From Nitrospinota bacterium (GTDB taxonomy: Bacteria > UBA8248), in the NCBI GenBank assembly GCA_036231405.1, contig JAZAHK010000020.1, positions 1 through 36,302 on the forward strand: 36,302 nt of DNA. The letters are read 5' to 3'. Made by a program: the position numbers and the translations under genes. The notes under the pieces were generated by a model that did no database searches, had not been told where the DNA came from, and was given only the letters and a program-made list of their open reading frames with translations. Positions 18,761 to 27,600 of the stretch are shown piece after piece (the first letter of the stretch is position 1; every line of letters starts with the position of its first letter).

Positions 18761-19597
18761 TTAAAATTTTTCCATTATTTCTTTGAGACCATCCATCTTT
18801 TCTAAAACTTCTTTTTCTCCACTGGAAGATAACCAGAATAAAATTCTTTCAGCACCGTCTTCTACAAAGCCTTCCACCACTTTCAGGTCAGACGCAACAC
18901 CAAACATCGTAACTGGAATAGGTCCTCTCCCTTTATCAGATGCCATATCGTTAAGTTTCTTTATTTTTTCAGAAAAAGAATCACCTTCCCTAGGATAAGG
19001 CATCCAGGCATCTCCATAACTAAGTACCCTTTGGAAAGTCCTATCGGCATCGCCACCTATCAAAATAGGAGGATGAGGATCTTGTTTAGGTTTTGGCCAA
19101 GACCAAATTTCATCAAACTCAACAAATTCTCCATGAAAACTTGCTTCATCTTCTCTCCAAATCACTTTCATTGCCTCTATACGTTCTTTTAGTATTTTCC
19201 ATCTTAGCAGGTAATCTGTTCCGTGATTTTTCATCTCTTCGCGATTCCATCCACCACCAATACCAAACAATACGCGTCCATTAGAAATAAAGTCTAAAGT
19301 AGCTACCTCTTTTGCTAAAATGATAGGGTCTCTTTCTATGACAAGACATATTCCCGTACCAAGAAGTATTTTCTCTGTGACTGAAACAGCAGAACCTAGT
19401 GCCACAAAAGGATCAAAACTATGAACATATTCCTTGGGAACATTTTTCCCTCGGCTCCATGCAGTTTTTCTAGACACCGGTATATGTGTGTGTTCCGGAA
19501 AAAGTAACGATTCAAATCCTCTTTTTTCGGCCTCAAGTGCAACTTTTGCAGGCAACATAGAATAATCTGTCGGAAAGTAACAAAGTCCAAACTTCAT
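18761..19597 (-). CDS. LLM class probable F420-dependent oxidoreductase (Rv2161c-like family)
   Basis: AEKRGFESLLFPEHTHIP, DPFVAL, LGTGICLVIERDPI..AKEVATLD..SNGR..FGIGGGWNREEM..HG, PKPKQDPHPPILIGG. Confidence 0.9.
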   Translation of the reverse strand: MKFGLCYFPTDYSMLPAKVALEAEKRGFESLLFPEHTHIPVSRKTAWSRGKNVPKEYVHSFDPFVALGSAVSVTEKILLGTGICLVIERDPIILAKEVATLDFISNGRVLFGIGGGWNREEMKNHGTDYLLRWKILKERIEAMKVIWREDEASFHGEFVEFDEIWSWPKPKQDPHPPILIGGDADRTFQRVLSYGDAWMPYPREGDSFSEKIKKLNDMASDKGRGPIPVTMFGVASDLKVVEGFVEDGAERILFWLSSSGEKEVLEKMDGLKEIMEKF

Positions 19598-19648
19598 AAA
19601 TGTCCCCCTCTTCTTAAAATCCTTAAATTAAAAACAATCTAGCCCTTT

Positions 19649-20653
19649 TTAAATCGACAAAATAAACCGATTGGCTTCCAAACTGAAATTGGTCCCTAGT
19701 TTTTCAGACATCTTCTCCATGCTTTCTTGGATTACTTTAAATTTTTTATCTTCCTCACTCAAGATAGCCGGACGACCGTCATTTTCAATGTAAGTCGGTG
19801 AAAATGATAAACTCCTAATCTTTTTCTCATGAATTGTACATTTTAAAAGAATAGATTCCTTGACCGTGGGCATAAACATAGGATGATCGTGATCAAGGAC
19901 AAGATTACCTAAATTGTAAAAGATTGCTTTCCCATTATACACCTCAATTCCTTGTAAAATATGGGGATGACTACCGACAACTAAATCTACTCCAGCATCA
20001 ATTGCTGCGTGTGCGACAGCTTTTTGGGCAAGAGTAAGGGTTCTGCTCTGACTAGAACCCCAGTGAAATGTAGAAACTAAGACATCCAGATTTTTTTTAG
20101 TTTCTTTCACGTCTTCAACCATAGATTCAAGATCTTCTTCATTGACATATGGTGGCCCATACAGGGGATCTTGCCTTATTGGGGCAACGCCAGGTCTTTC
20201 TGGTTGTGCACCCCAACCCATTGGAATATTCAGAATATAAGTAAGAAATCCTATCTTTGTCCCCTTTGACTCTATTACTACAGGAGTTCTAGCGTCCCTA
20301 ATATTTCTTCCTGCACCAGTATATTTGATCCCCTTCTCTTCAAGAAGCTTAAGGGTATCTACGAAAGGCTCGAACCCATAATCCAGACAATGGTTAGTCG
20401 CAAAACCAAGCACATCAAAACCACCTGCAATATATCCGTCTATCATCATTGGATCATGACGCATCACAATTTTACCATGTACAGGTTCACCTTTATTAGA
20501 AAGTGAAGATTCAAGAAAACCGAATCTCAAGTCTACACTTTCAAATTCATCGATTACTTTATCAAAAACTTCCTTAGGCTTCTCTCGATTTATCTCTATA
20601 TCTCCTGTAAATAAGATGGAAATCTCATTTTCTTTCGAAATAGGAGAACCCAT
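19649..20653 (-). CDS. CapA/PGA_cap family metallophosphoesterase-like protein, no signal anchor
   Basis: TGD, ATNHCLDYG, FHWG, IDAGVDLVVGSHPH, YNLGNL. Confidence 0.88.
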   Translation of the reverse strand: MGSPISKENEISILFTGDIEINREKPKEVFDKVIDEFESVDLRFGFLESSLSNKGEPVHGKIVMRHDPMMIDGYIAGGFDVLGFATNHCLDYGFEPFVDTLKLLEEKGIKYTGAGRNIRDARTPVVIESKGTKIGFLTYILNIPMGWGAQPERPGVAPIRQDPLYGPPYVNEEDLESMVEDVKETKKNLDVLVSTFHWGSSQSRTLTLAQKAVAHAAIDAGVDLVVGSHPHILQGIEVYNGKAIFYNLGNLVLDHDHPMFMPTVKESILLKCTIHEKKIRSLSFSPTYIENDGRPAILSEEDKKFKVIQESMEKMSEKLGTNFSLEANRFILSI

Positions 20654-20693
20654 TTCACACCTCCATAATGCTATTGATTAATAACACAAACCT

Positions 20694-21437
20694 CTAAGAC
20701 TCAACCACAGGCCAAAGACGCTTCGCCCTAGTAGGCGAACCCGGTGCGTGGAGCAATCTTTTACAGACGTGATAGGTCCAGTCATTTTCTCCTTCCATCA
20801 ATATATCCGCTCTTGGAAAATATTTAATAACTTTTTCCAACGAAGAAAATTCATAAAAAATGCTATGCTTTGCCCATCCTGCTGCTGAAACCAACTTTCT
20901 CGCTCCCACGGAACCTATCATATGCTTCATTTCTGGCAATCTATGTTGCGCATACCAAGAACTGAGATCAAAATCATCTTCTGGAGTAAAACAATTATAA
21001 CTACCCATTTGAATAATGGGCGCTGGGACTCCTCCATCTGCTCTAGTATGGGCATCCGGACCCTTTACTCGATCAACTTCTGTAAATATACATGACCTTT
21101 CTCCAATCCTTTTTCCTAGCATACTATGCGTTTCCTTATTCTCTTTCTCTAGAATCTGTTTTGGATTTAGATTCAAAAAAACATCACAACTCAGCCCACC
21201 AATCAAAAGTAAAAATTCCGTCCCACTTGGAATATCAGAGTCATCAGTGTAGAACAGATGTGATTTTACTTTTGATGAATCCGACTTTCTATCAATTAAT
21301 TCATAACTCGCTGCCCAAAGATAACCTGAACGTTTCAAGACATTTTTTGGCAAATATTCCTCATGCAACCAAGACAAATACTCTTGCTCATCTTCTTCTT
21401 TTAGATCGTACCATGTTGCAAAAATACCTTTATCCAT
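20694..21437 (-). CDS. Hypothetical protein with two EthD/DUF4286-like dimeric alpha-beta barrel repeats
   Basis: Repeated pattern EDEQEYLSWLHEEYLP...GYLWAASY and EDDFDLSSWYAQHRLP...GSVGARKL. GGAG RBS. Confidence 0.65.
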   Translation of the reverse strand: MDKGIFATWYDLKEEDEQEYLSWLHEEYLPKNVLKRSGYLWAASYELIDRKSDSSKVKSHLFYTDDSDIPSGTEFLLLIGGLSCDVFLNLNPKQILEKENKETHSMLGKRIGERSCIFTEVDRVKGPDAHTRADGGVPAPIIQMGSYNCFTPEDDFDLSSWYAQHRLPEMKHMIGSVGARKLVSAAGWAKHSIFYEFSSLEKVIKYFPRADILMEGENDWTYHVCKRLLHAPGSPTRAKRLWPVVES

Positions 21438-22097
21438 TTTCTCTCCATTATATAGAATCTAGGAATCACCCTTTTTTTCATTTAAAACAGCTTTCAAACA
21501 TTTTACTCCCATCATTAAAGAAGGACCTCCTGAGGGGAAAATCAGGCACTGGACAGTTTCAAAAATTTCGTCCTCGGTAGCACCAAGGCTTAGTGCCCTT
21601 CTAATGTGGTTCATTACGTAAACTTCTGTTTCAGGACCTGGGAGTCTAACACAAAGAGCAGCGATAATTATAAGTTCACGAAATTTTTCACTTAGAGCAC
21701 CCTCTCTTTTTATTACATGATTATAAAGAGCGCTTTGTTTAGTATGGTAATCTGGATCCTTGTTTATATAGAACTCCTGTTCCGGTAAAACCCATCCACG
21801 GTCCTTAATTGTCTGTTCTATTAACTCTTTGCTTTTATCATCATTCATTGGAACCCCCTTGAACACATTTCTTGAAAAGGCATGAAAATTTGAAGAAATC
21901 CTCAGTAAGGTAAAAAATACATTTTTCTTCACCCATTTGATATCTGCATGATAACAACTTTAAAATACAGTATCTAAACATTTAGGAAATAATCCAACTT
22001 GGAAACAAAATTTAATCGGAATCCAGACGTTTTTAAATAAGGTGTTCGGAAAATGAATAAAGGTATTTTTGCAACATGGTACGATCTAAAAGAAGAA
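21393..22097. repeat. 49-bp inverted repeat pair (21393-21441 and 22049-22097, 48/49 identical)
   Basis: GAAAATG(G/A)ATAAAGGTATTTTTGCAACATGGTACGATCTAAAAGAAGAA occurs on the minus strand at the start of 20694-21437 and on the plus strand at 22049. Confidence 0.93.
21459..21848 (-). CDS. Carboxymuconolactone decarboxylase (CMD) family protein
   Basis: GALSEKFRELIIIAAL...HIRRALSLGATEDEIFE; paralog of 5345-5722. Start MNDDKS (ATG 21848) follows AAGGGGG. Confidence 0.82.
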   Translation of the reverse strand: MNDDKSKELIEQTIKDRGWVLPEQEFYINKDPDYHTKQSALYNHVIKREGALSEKFRELIIIAALCVRLPGPETEVYVMNHIRRALSLGATEDEIFETVQCLIFPSGGPSLMMGVKCLKAVLNEKKGDS

Positions 22098-22180
22098 TGG
22101 TCCAGAAAAATGGAGGAAGTCTAGTGCATGCCCCTTTCTCTCCGTGTTTTGGACATCGAATATGGCCACTTATAAAATAA
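22053..22180 (+). pseudogene. Internally deleted remnant of a paralog of the 20694-21437 gene
   Basis: MNKGIFATWYDLKEE matches the N-terminus and is joined to WSRK..; the -1 frame then reads SLVHAPFSPCFGHRIWPLIK*, matching the C-terminus RLLHAPGSPTRAKRLWPVVES*. AAGGTG RBS retained. Confidence 0.75.
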
Positions 22181-22216
22181 TGATAAAATTTCAGATTAAA
22201 TATTAGGAGTTTCAAA

Positions 22217-23299
22217 ATGGTACGCAACAAAAGATTGGGAGTAGCAGTAGTAGGTTCTGGACGTATTGGCACTCTTAGAGCAAACATGGTAAGTAGACAT
22301 CCTTCATTAGAGTTTCTTGCGATATCCGACAAAGAAAAAGAGAGGGCAGAAAATCTAGGAGAAAGTGTAGCTGCAAACCTCGTAACGGACGATAATTATG
22401 AAATCATTTCACATCCTGAAGTTGACACTGTAATAGTTTCAACTCCCGAACACGACCATACAGAATCTATTATTCAAGCATTAGAACTTGGGAAACCAGT
22501 CTTCGTTGAAAAACCTCTTGCTCTTACTCTGGAAGATGCAAATAAAATCGTGGAAACCGTTGAAAAAACTGGGGTAGAACTCCGAGTAGGATATTCAAGA
22601 AGGCACGATAGACGCTGGATGGTCGCTAGAGAACAAGTAGACAAAGGAAGAGTGGGTGAAATCATTGCGATAAATGCAAGGGTTTATAACTCAAGAGCTC
22701 AAATGGAACAAATCTTGATCCGATCACCAGAGGCTACAATGGTTATGGACGCTCTTACTTACTATGTAGACATGGTGTGCTGGTTTAAATCTGGAATAAA
22801 ACCAGTCGAAGTAGTAGCAAGAGCAAATGGGAAAATTTTTAGGCAAATGGGATACGAATCTGAAGATGTAACTTGGGCTATTATAACTTTTGAAGATGGG
22901 GCCATTGTAAACTTAGGGATTTGTTATGCACTACCAGCTAAATATCCTACTCATGGACAGAGTGCTCGTTTTGAAGTATTAGGGACAGAAGGAGTGATAC
23001 TTCTAGATACCGACAATAAAGATAGTCTTCTCTATACAGATAATGGCATTCCACACGCCTATGTTCCAGGACATCAATCAAACTTGGTTTTTATGCAGAC
23101 AAATTCTTCTGGGGATTGGTCCATGGGAGATTTTTGGGGACCAATTGCTAACGAAACAAGAACATGGCTTGACCATCTTTCAACAGGTCATCCATGCCAA
23201 CACACAACTGCTCAAGAAGGAAGACAAACTGTAGAATTAACAATGGCAATTGACCTCTCGGCAAAGACCGGCGAAAAAATAAAAATACCAATGGAATAA
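22217..23299 (+). CDS. Gfo/Idh/MocA family oxidoreductase
   Basis: VVGSGRIG, VSTPEHDH, GKPVFVEKP, VGYSRR. AGGAG RBS. Confidence 0.9.
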   Translation: MVRNKRLGVAVVGSGRIGTLRANMVSRHPSLEFLAISDKEKERAENLGESVAANLVTDDNYEIISHPEVDTVIVSTPEHDHTESIIQALELGKPVFVEKPLALTLEDANKIVETVEKTGVELRVGYSRRHDRRWMVAREQVDKGRVGEIIAINARVYNSRAQMEQILIRSPEATMVMDALTYYVDMVCWFKSGIKPVEVVARANGKIFRQMGYESEDVTWAIITFEDGAIVNLGICYALPAKYPTHGQSARFEVLGTEGVILLDTDNKDSLLYTDNGIPHAYVPGHQSNLVFMQTNSSGDWSMGDFWGPIANETRTWLDHLSTGHPCQHTTAQEGRQTVELTMAIDLSAKTGEKIKIPME

Positions 23300-23327
23300 A
23301 ATTATATAAATCTACAGGAGATTCAAT

Positions 23328-23771
23328 ATGATAAATGTGACACAAAATAGTGTTGATATAGGACTGTCAACAAATAATATAAATGATATGAAAAAATTCT
23401 ATATAGATGTACTAGGATGTACTGAAGTTGTGACAACAGAAATCCCTGGAGACTTTATAGAGCAGGCCGGATTTGGCGGAAACAATCTCAGATTACACGC
23501 CTTAAAATTTGGTGATATTCTTATTAAATTACTTGATTTTGAAAATAAACCTAGTGGGAATGATCAAAAATTAGCAGATTCTCAAATTGGATTCCGCTAC
23601 CTAACTTTTTGGGTAGAAAATATGGAAGAAACAGTAGCACACTTAAAAAAAAATAATGTAGACCTTCAATGTCAGATACTTTCGAGAGTCCCAGAGAGAA
23701 AACTCGTATTCTTTAAAGATCCTGATGGGAATTTATTAGAACTAAATTGGATCGATCCAAATCGTGTTTAA
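23328..23771 (+). CDS. VOC/glyoxalase family protein
   Basis: MKKFYIDVLG, GFRYLTFWVENME, FFKDPDGNLLEL. Confidence 0.88.
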   Translation: MINVTQNSVDIGLSTNNINDMKKFYIDVLGCTEVVTTEIPGDFIEQAGFGGNNLRLHALKFGDILIKLLDFENKPSGNDQKLADSQIGFRYLTFWVENMEETVAHLKKNNVDLQCQILSRVPERKLVFFKDPDGNLLELNWIDPNRV

Positions 23772-23800
23772 TTTTGCAATATTTTTATAAGGATTCTTAA

Positions 23801-24583
23801 ATGGATTTGCAAAAGAAATTTAATCTAGAAGGTAAAGTTGCATTCATAAGTGGAGGAAGCAGAGGTTTGGGAAAAACCTGTGCGCTAGCCCTAGCTGAGT
23901 TCGGAGTTAGCGTCTCATTGGGTGCTACAGACGAAGAAAAACTAACAGAAGTTTCAGAAGAAATAAAAAATTTAGGAGGTGATGTAATTATTTGTCCCCT
24001 AGATATTTCAAACTCTGATTCTGTTCAAAAAGCTATAGATCACACAGTAAAGAATTTCGGAAAGCTAGATATTCTTGTTAATGCAGCTGGCATTTGCCAG
24101 CGCGTCCCTTGTCTTGAAATGAATGAGAAAGATATGGAAAAAACATTCCAAGTGAACACTTTTGGAACTTTCTATATTTGCAATGCTGCAGCTAAGTACA
24201 TGAAAGAGAAAGTAGTGTTCGAAAACGGAGGAGGAAAAATCGTTAATTTTGGTTCAGTCGCAGGTTTAAGAGCAAGACCTAACGTCCCTATCTACGCTGC
24301 TTCAAAAGCAGCTGTACATATACTTACTCAATCTATTGCCGTTGATTGGGCAAAATATGGGATAAGAGCAAACGTTGTTATTCCAGGGCAGTTTGATACA
24401 GATATGGGGGCTCCACTGATGAACGACCCTGACGCATTAGAGGCTTACGTCAGAAGAATTCCTGCCTCAAGAGTAGGACAACCAGAAGAATTACCTTCAC
24501 TTGTAATCTATCTATGTTCTGACGCCTCTTCGTATGTTACAGGAGGTCTTTTCACCATGGATGGAGGACTGACTTTACAATAA
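23801..24583 (+). CDS. SDR family oxidoreductase
   Basis: SGGSRGLG, DILVNAAG, GS, YAASK, PG, DGG. Confidence 0.93.
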   Translation: MDLQKKFNLEGKVAFISGGSRGLGKTCALALAEFGVSVSLGATDEEKLTEVSEEIKNLGGDVIICPLDISNSDSVQKAIDHTVKNFGKLDILVNAAGICQRVPCLEMNEKDMEKTFQVNTFGTFYICNAAAKYMKEKVVFENGGGKIVNFGSVAGLRARPNVPIYAASKAAVHILTQSIAVDWAKYGIRANVVIPGQFDTDMGAPLMNDPDALEAYVRRIPASRVGQPEELPSLVIYLCSDASSYVTGGLFTMDGGLTLQ

Positions 24584-24618
24584 ATTAGAATAGAAATTCT
24601 GTTTAGGAAAATTCAATA

Positions 24619-27600
24619 ATGATGAAAAAATTTAAAATTGGAGTAGATGTTGGTGGTACTTTCACGGACCTAGTAATTATGGACGCCAATTCAAATTTGC
24701 TCTGCTTAAGTAAATCACCCACAACCATTTATAATCCAGAAAATGGAATAATCTCCTGTATAGAAAAAGCGGCCAATTATCTAGGTGTTAAAAAAGAATT
24801 TCTTCTTCAAAATTGCGAAAAATTTGTCCATGGTACAACTGCAGCGACAAATGCATTACTAACCAAAAAAGGCGCTAAAATTGGACTTTTAACTACGAAA
24901 GGATTTCGTGATTCTCTATCTTTTCGAAGAGGGTTCAGAGAGAATGTATGGGATCATCGTGCTGCCTACCCCACTGTATTAGCACCACGTTATCTCCGAT
25001 TCCCAATACAAGAAAGAATAAATTCAGACGGTCGCAAGGAAATAGATTTAAGTGAAAATGACGTTTTAAAAACAACTTCTTTTTTAAAAAAAGAGAAGAT
25101 AGAATCATTAGCTATTTGCTTCATAAACTCGTATTTAAATCCTTCCCATGAAAAAAAAACAAGGAATATTCTTAAAAAAGAAGGTCTTAAAATTCCAATT
25201 TTTCTTTCTTCTGAAATCGCACCTATAATCGGAGAATACGAAAGAAGTTCTACAACCTGTGTAAATGCCTATATATATCCCGTTGTAACTTCCTATCTAA
25301 TAGAACTGGAAAAACAGCTTAGAGCGACTTGTTATGAGAATCCAATACATCTTGTTCAAAGTAATGGAGGAATGACTGATATAAAACAAGCCATTAAGAC
25401 TCCGATAAGTCTCGTGCTATCAGGGCCGGCTGCAGGTGCTTCTACCGGTTGTATTTATGCAAAATCCTTTAAAAAACAAAATGGAATTTTTTTCGATATG
25501 GGTGGGACTAGTACCGATGTTACTCTAATAAGGGACGGCACACCAGGTATGATAGATCAATCTACAGTAGGCGGCTACCACGTCAATCTGCCTTCCGTAG
25601 AAGTCCAAACTATTGGGACTGGAGGAGGAACCTTGATTTGGGTTGACGCTGCGAAAGGGATCAGAGTAGGCCCTGAAAGCGCTGGTTCTGAACCCGGACC
25701 TGCTTGTTATGGAAAAGGAGGAAATCAACCTACTATAACGGATGCAAATTTATTGCTGGGTCGAATTAACAAAAAAGGACTATTAAACGGAGAAATCCCA
25801 CTTTCAATCGAGAACGCCAGGTCAGCATTTAATAAGCATATTGCTAAAAAACTCAGGCTGAATTTAAATCAATCTGCTATAAGTGCAATACGTTTAGCAA
25901 ATCAGTTTATGGCAAGTTCTATTTTAACAATTTGTTCTCGACACGGATCTGACCCTAGAGACTTAACTCTCATTGCAGGAGGAGGAGCAGGAGGTATTTC
26001 CGCTTCTAGTGTTGCGAGAATTTGTGGTATCAAGAAAATCCTTATCCCAAGAGAAGCCTCTGCAGCCTGTGCTGTCGGGATGGTATGTGGACCTTTACGA
26101 TATGATCGGAAAAGAAGTTTCATGGTAAGAACTAGAGAAATAAGCACAAAAGAAATTCTAAAACAATTCGAAAGTTTAAAAAAAGAAACAAAAACCTTAA
26201 TTTCAAAAACAAAAAATCAAGAGTTAAATTTTGGAATAGATATGCAATATCCTGGTCAAGCCTGGGAATTAACTGTTTCTCTAGATACAATTTCTCTGAA
26301 AACACTGTCTCCCTCAAAACTTGAATCACTCTTTCACAAAGAACATTTAAACAATTATGGGCACAATAGGCCAAATGAACCAGTACAAATCACAGGTTTT
26401 AGGATTACAGTAAAAGAAAAACAAGACTCGTTTCCACCCAAACATCCAGAAATTCAAAGGAGAGGAAAAATTTCTCCTGAACAACGAAATGTTTATTTCG
26501 AGAAAACTGATAGTTGGGGAAACTCCAAAATATTTAAAGGTGAAAACATAACTAAGCAAACGAAGATTAAAGGACCTGTAATAATAGAAGAACCTTCCAC
26601 TACTATCTTAGTTGAACCTGGAGACATACTTTCCTTAAATAAAAACGGAGCATTTCAAATAGAACTAGTAACGAAAAAATCTGGGGAAAGAAAAAATCGA
26701 ATCAAAAAAATCGATCCTGCAAGCCTAGCTATTTTTCAAAATCAACTAGACCTTATTTCTCGTCAAATGGGGATCATAATGCAAAGGACTGCACGATCCA
26801 CCATTTTTAGTCAAGCACACGATTTTTCATGCTTCATAACCGACCCATCAGGTCAACTGGTATCTCAAGCAGATGGGCTTCCTATACATACAGGAAGTGG
26901 AGGTTTTGCAGTTCGTGCTGTTCTCAAGAAGTTCGATAAACAAATATATCCTGGAGATCTCTTTCTGCTTAATGATCCTTATATTGGTGGAGGAAATCAC
27001 CTTCCTGATTGGACCGTAATTGCTCCTGTTTTCGACCAAAACACTTTATGCGGTTTCGTTTCGAATCGTGCACATCAAGTTGATGTTGGTGGGGGTGTAA
27101 TAGGGACCTACAATTCTGATGCAACAGAAATATTTCATGAAGGAATCAGAATTTCTCCGATAAAAATTAGAGAGGAAGGAAATTTCGTTGGTGACATTTT
27201 AAAACTCATTCTCTCAAATACAAGAGCACCAGAAGTTATCAAACATGATTTTTCCGCAATGATCGGAAGTACGAAAATTGGAGTCTCTAAACTTAAAGAA
27301 ATAATACATGACAAAGGGAAGAGATTTGTCTTACAAGGCTTCTCAGAACTTTTGGATTACTCCGAATCTTTGATGCGTTCTGAACTAAAGAAAATTCCTA
27401 ATGGAATTTACAAGGGAAAAGAAACTATGAACACAGATTGTTTTGAAGCAAAAGAAATTCCGATACGATTGAAGCTAACTAAAAAGGGAACAAATATCAC
27501 TGCAGATTTTTCGGGAAGTTCTCCACAAATCAAAGGATATAAAAATAGTCCAATATCAAACACACATTCCGCTTTATATACTGGGATTTCTTCTCTAGTG

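Noticed and set aside
19649-20653. Poly-gamma-glutamate capsule locus
   Set aside because: No capB/capC nearby and no membrane anchor on the protein.
21092-21580. ORFs 21092-21580 (+) and 22033-22332 (-) sharing LLLDRTMLQKYLY
   Set aside because: Both are antisense shadows; the shared peptide only reflects the 49-bp inverted repeat.
21393-22097. IS or MITE terminal inverted repeats
   Set aside because: The repeats are coding sequence from a gene start; no transposase and no evident target-site duplication.
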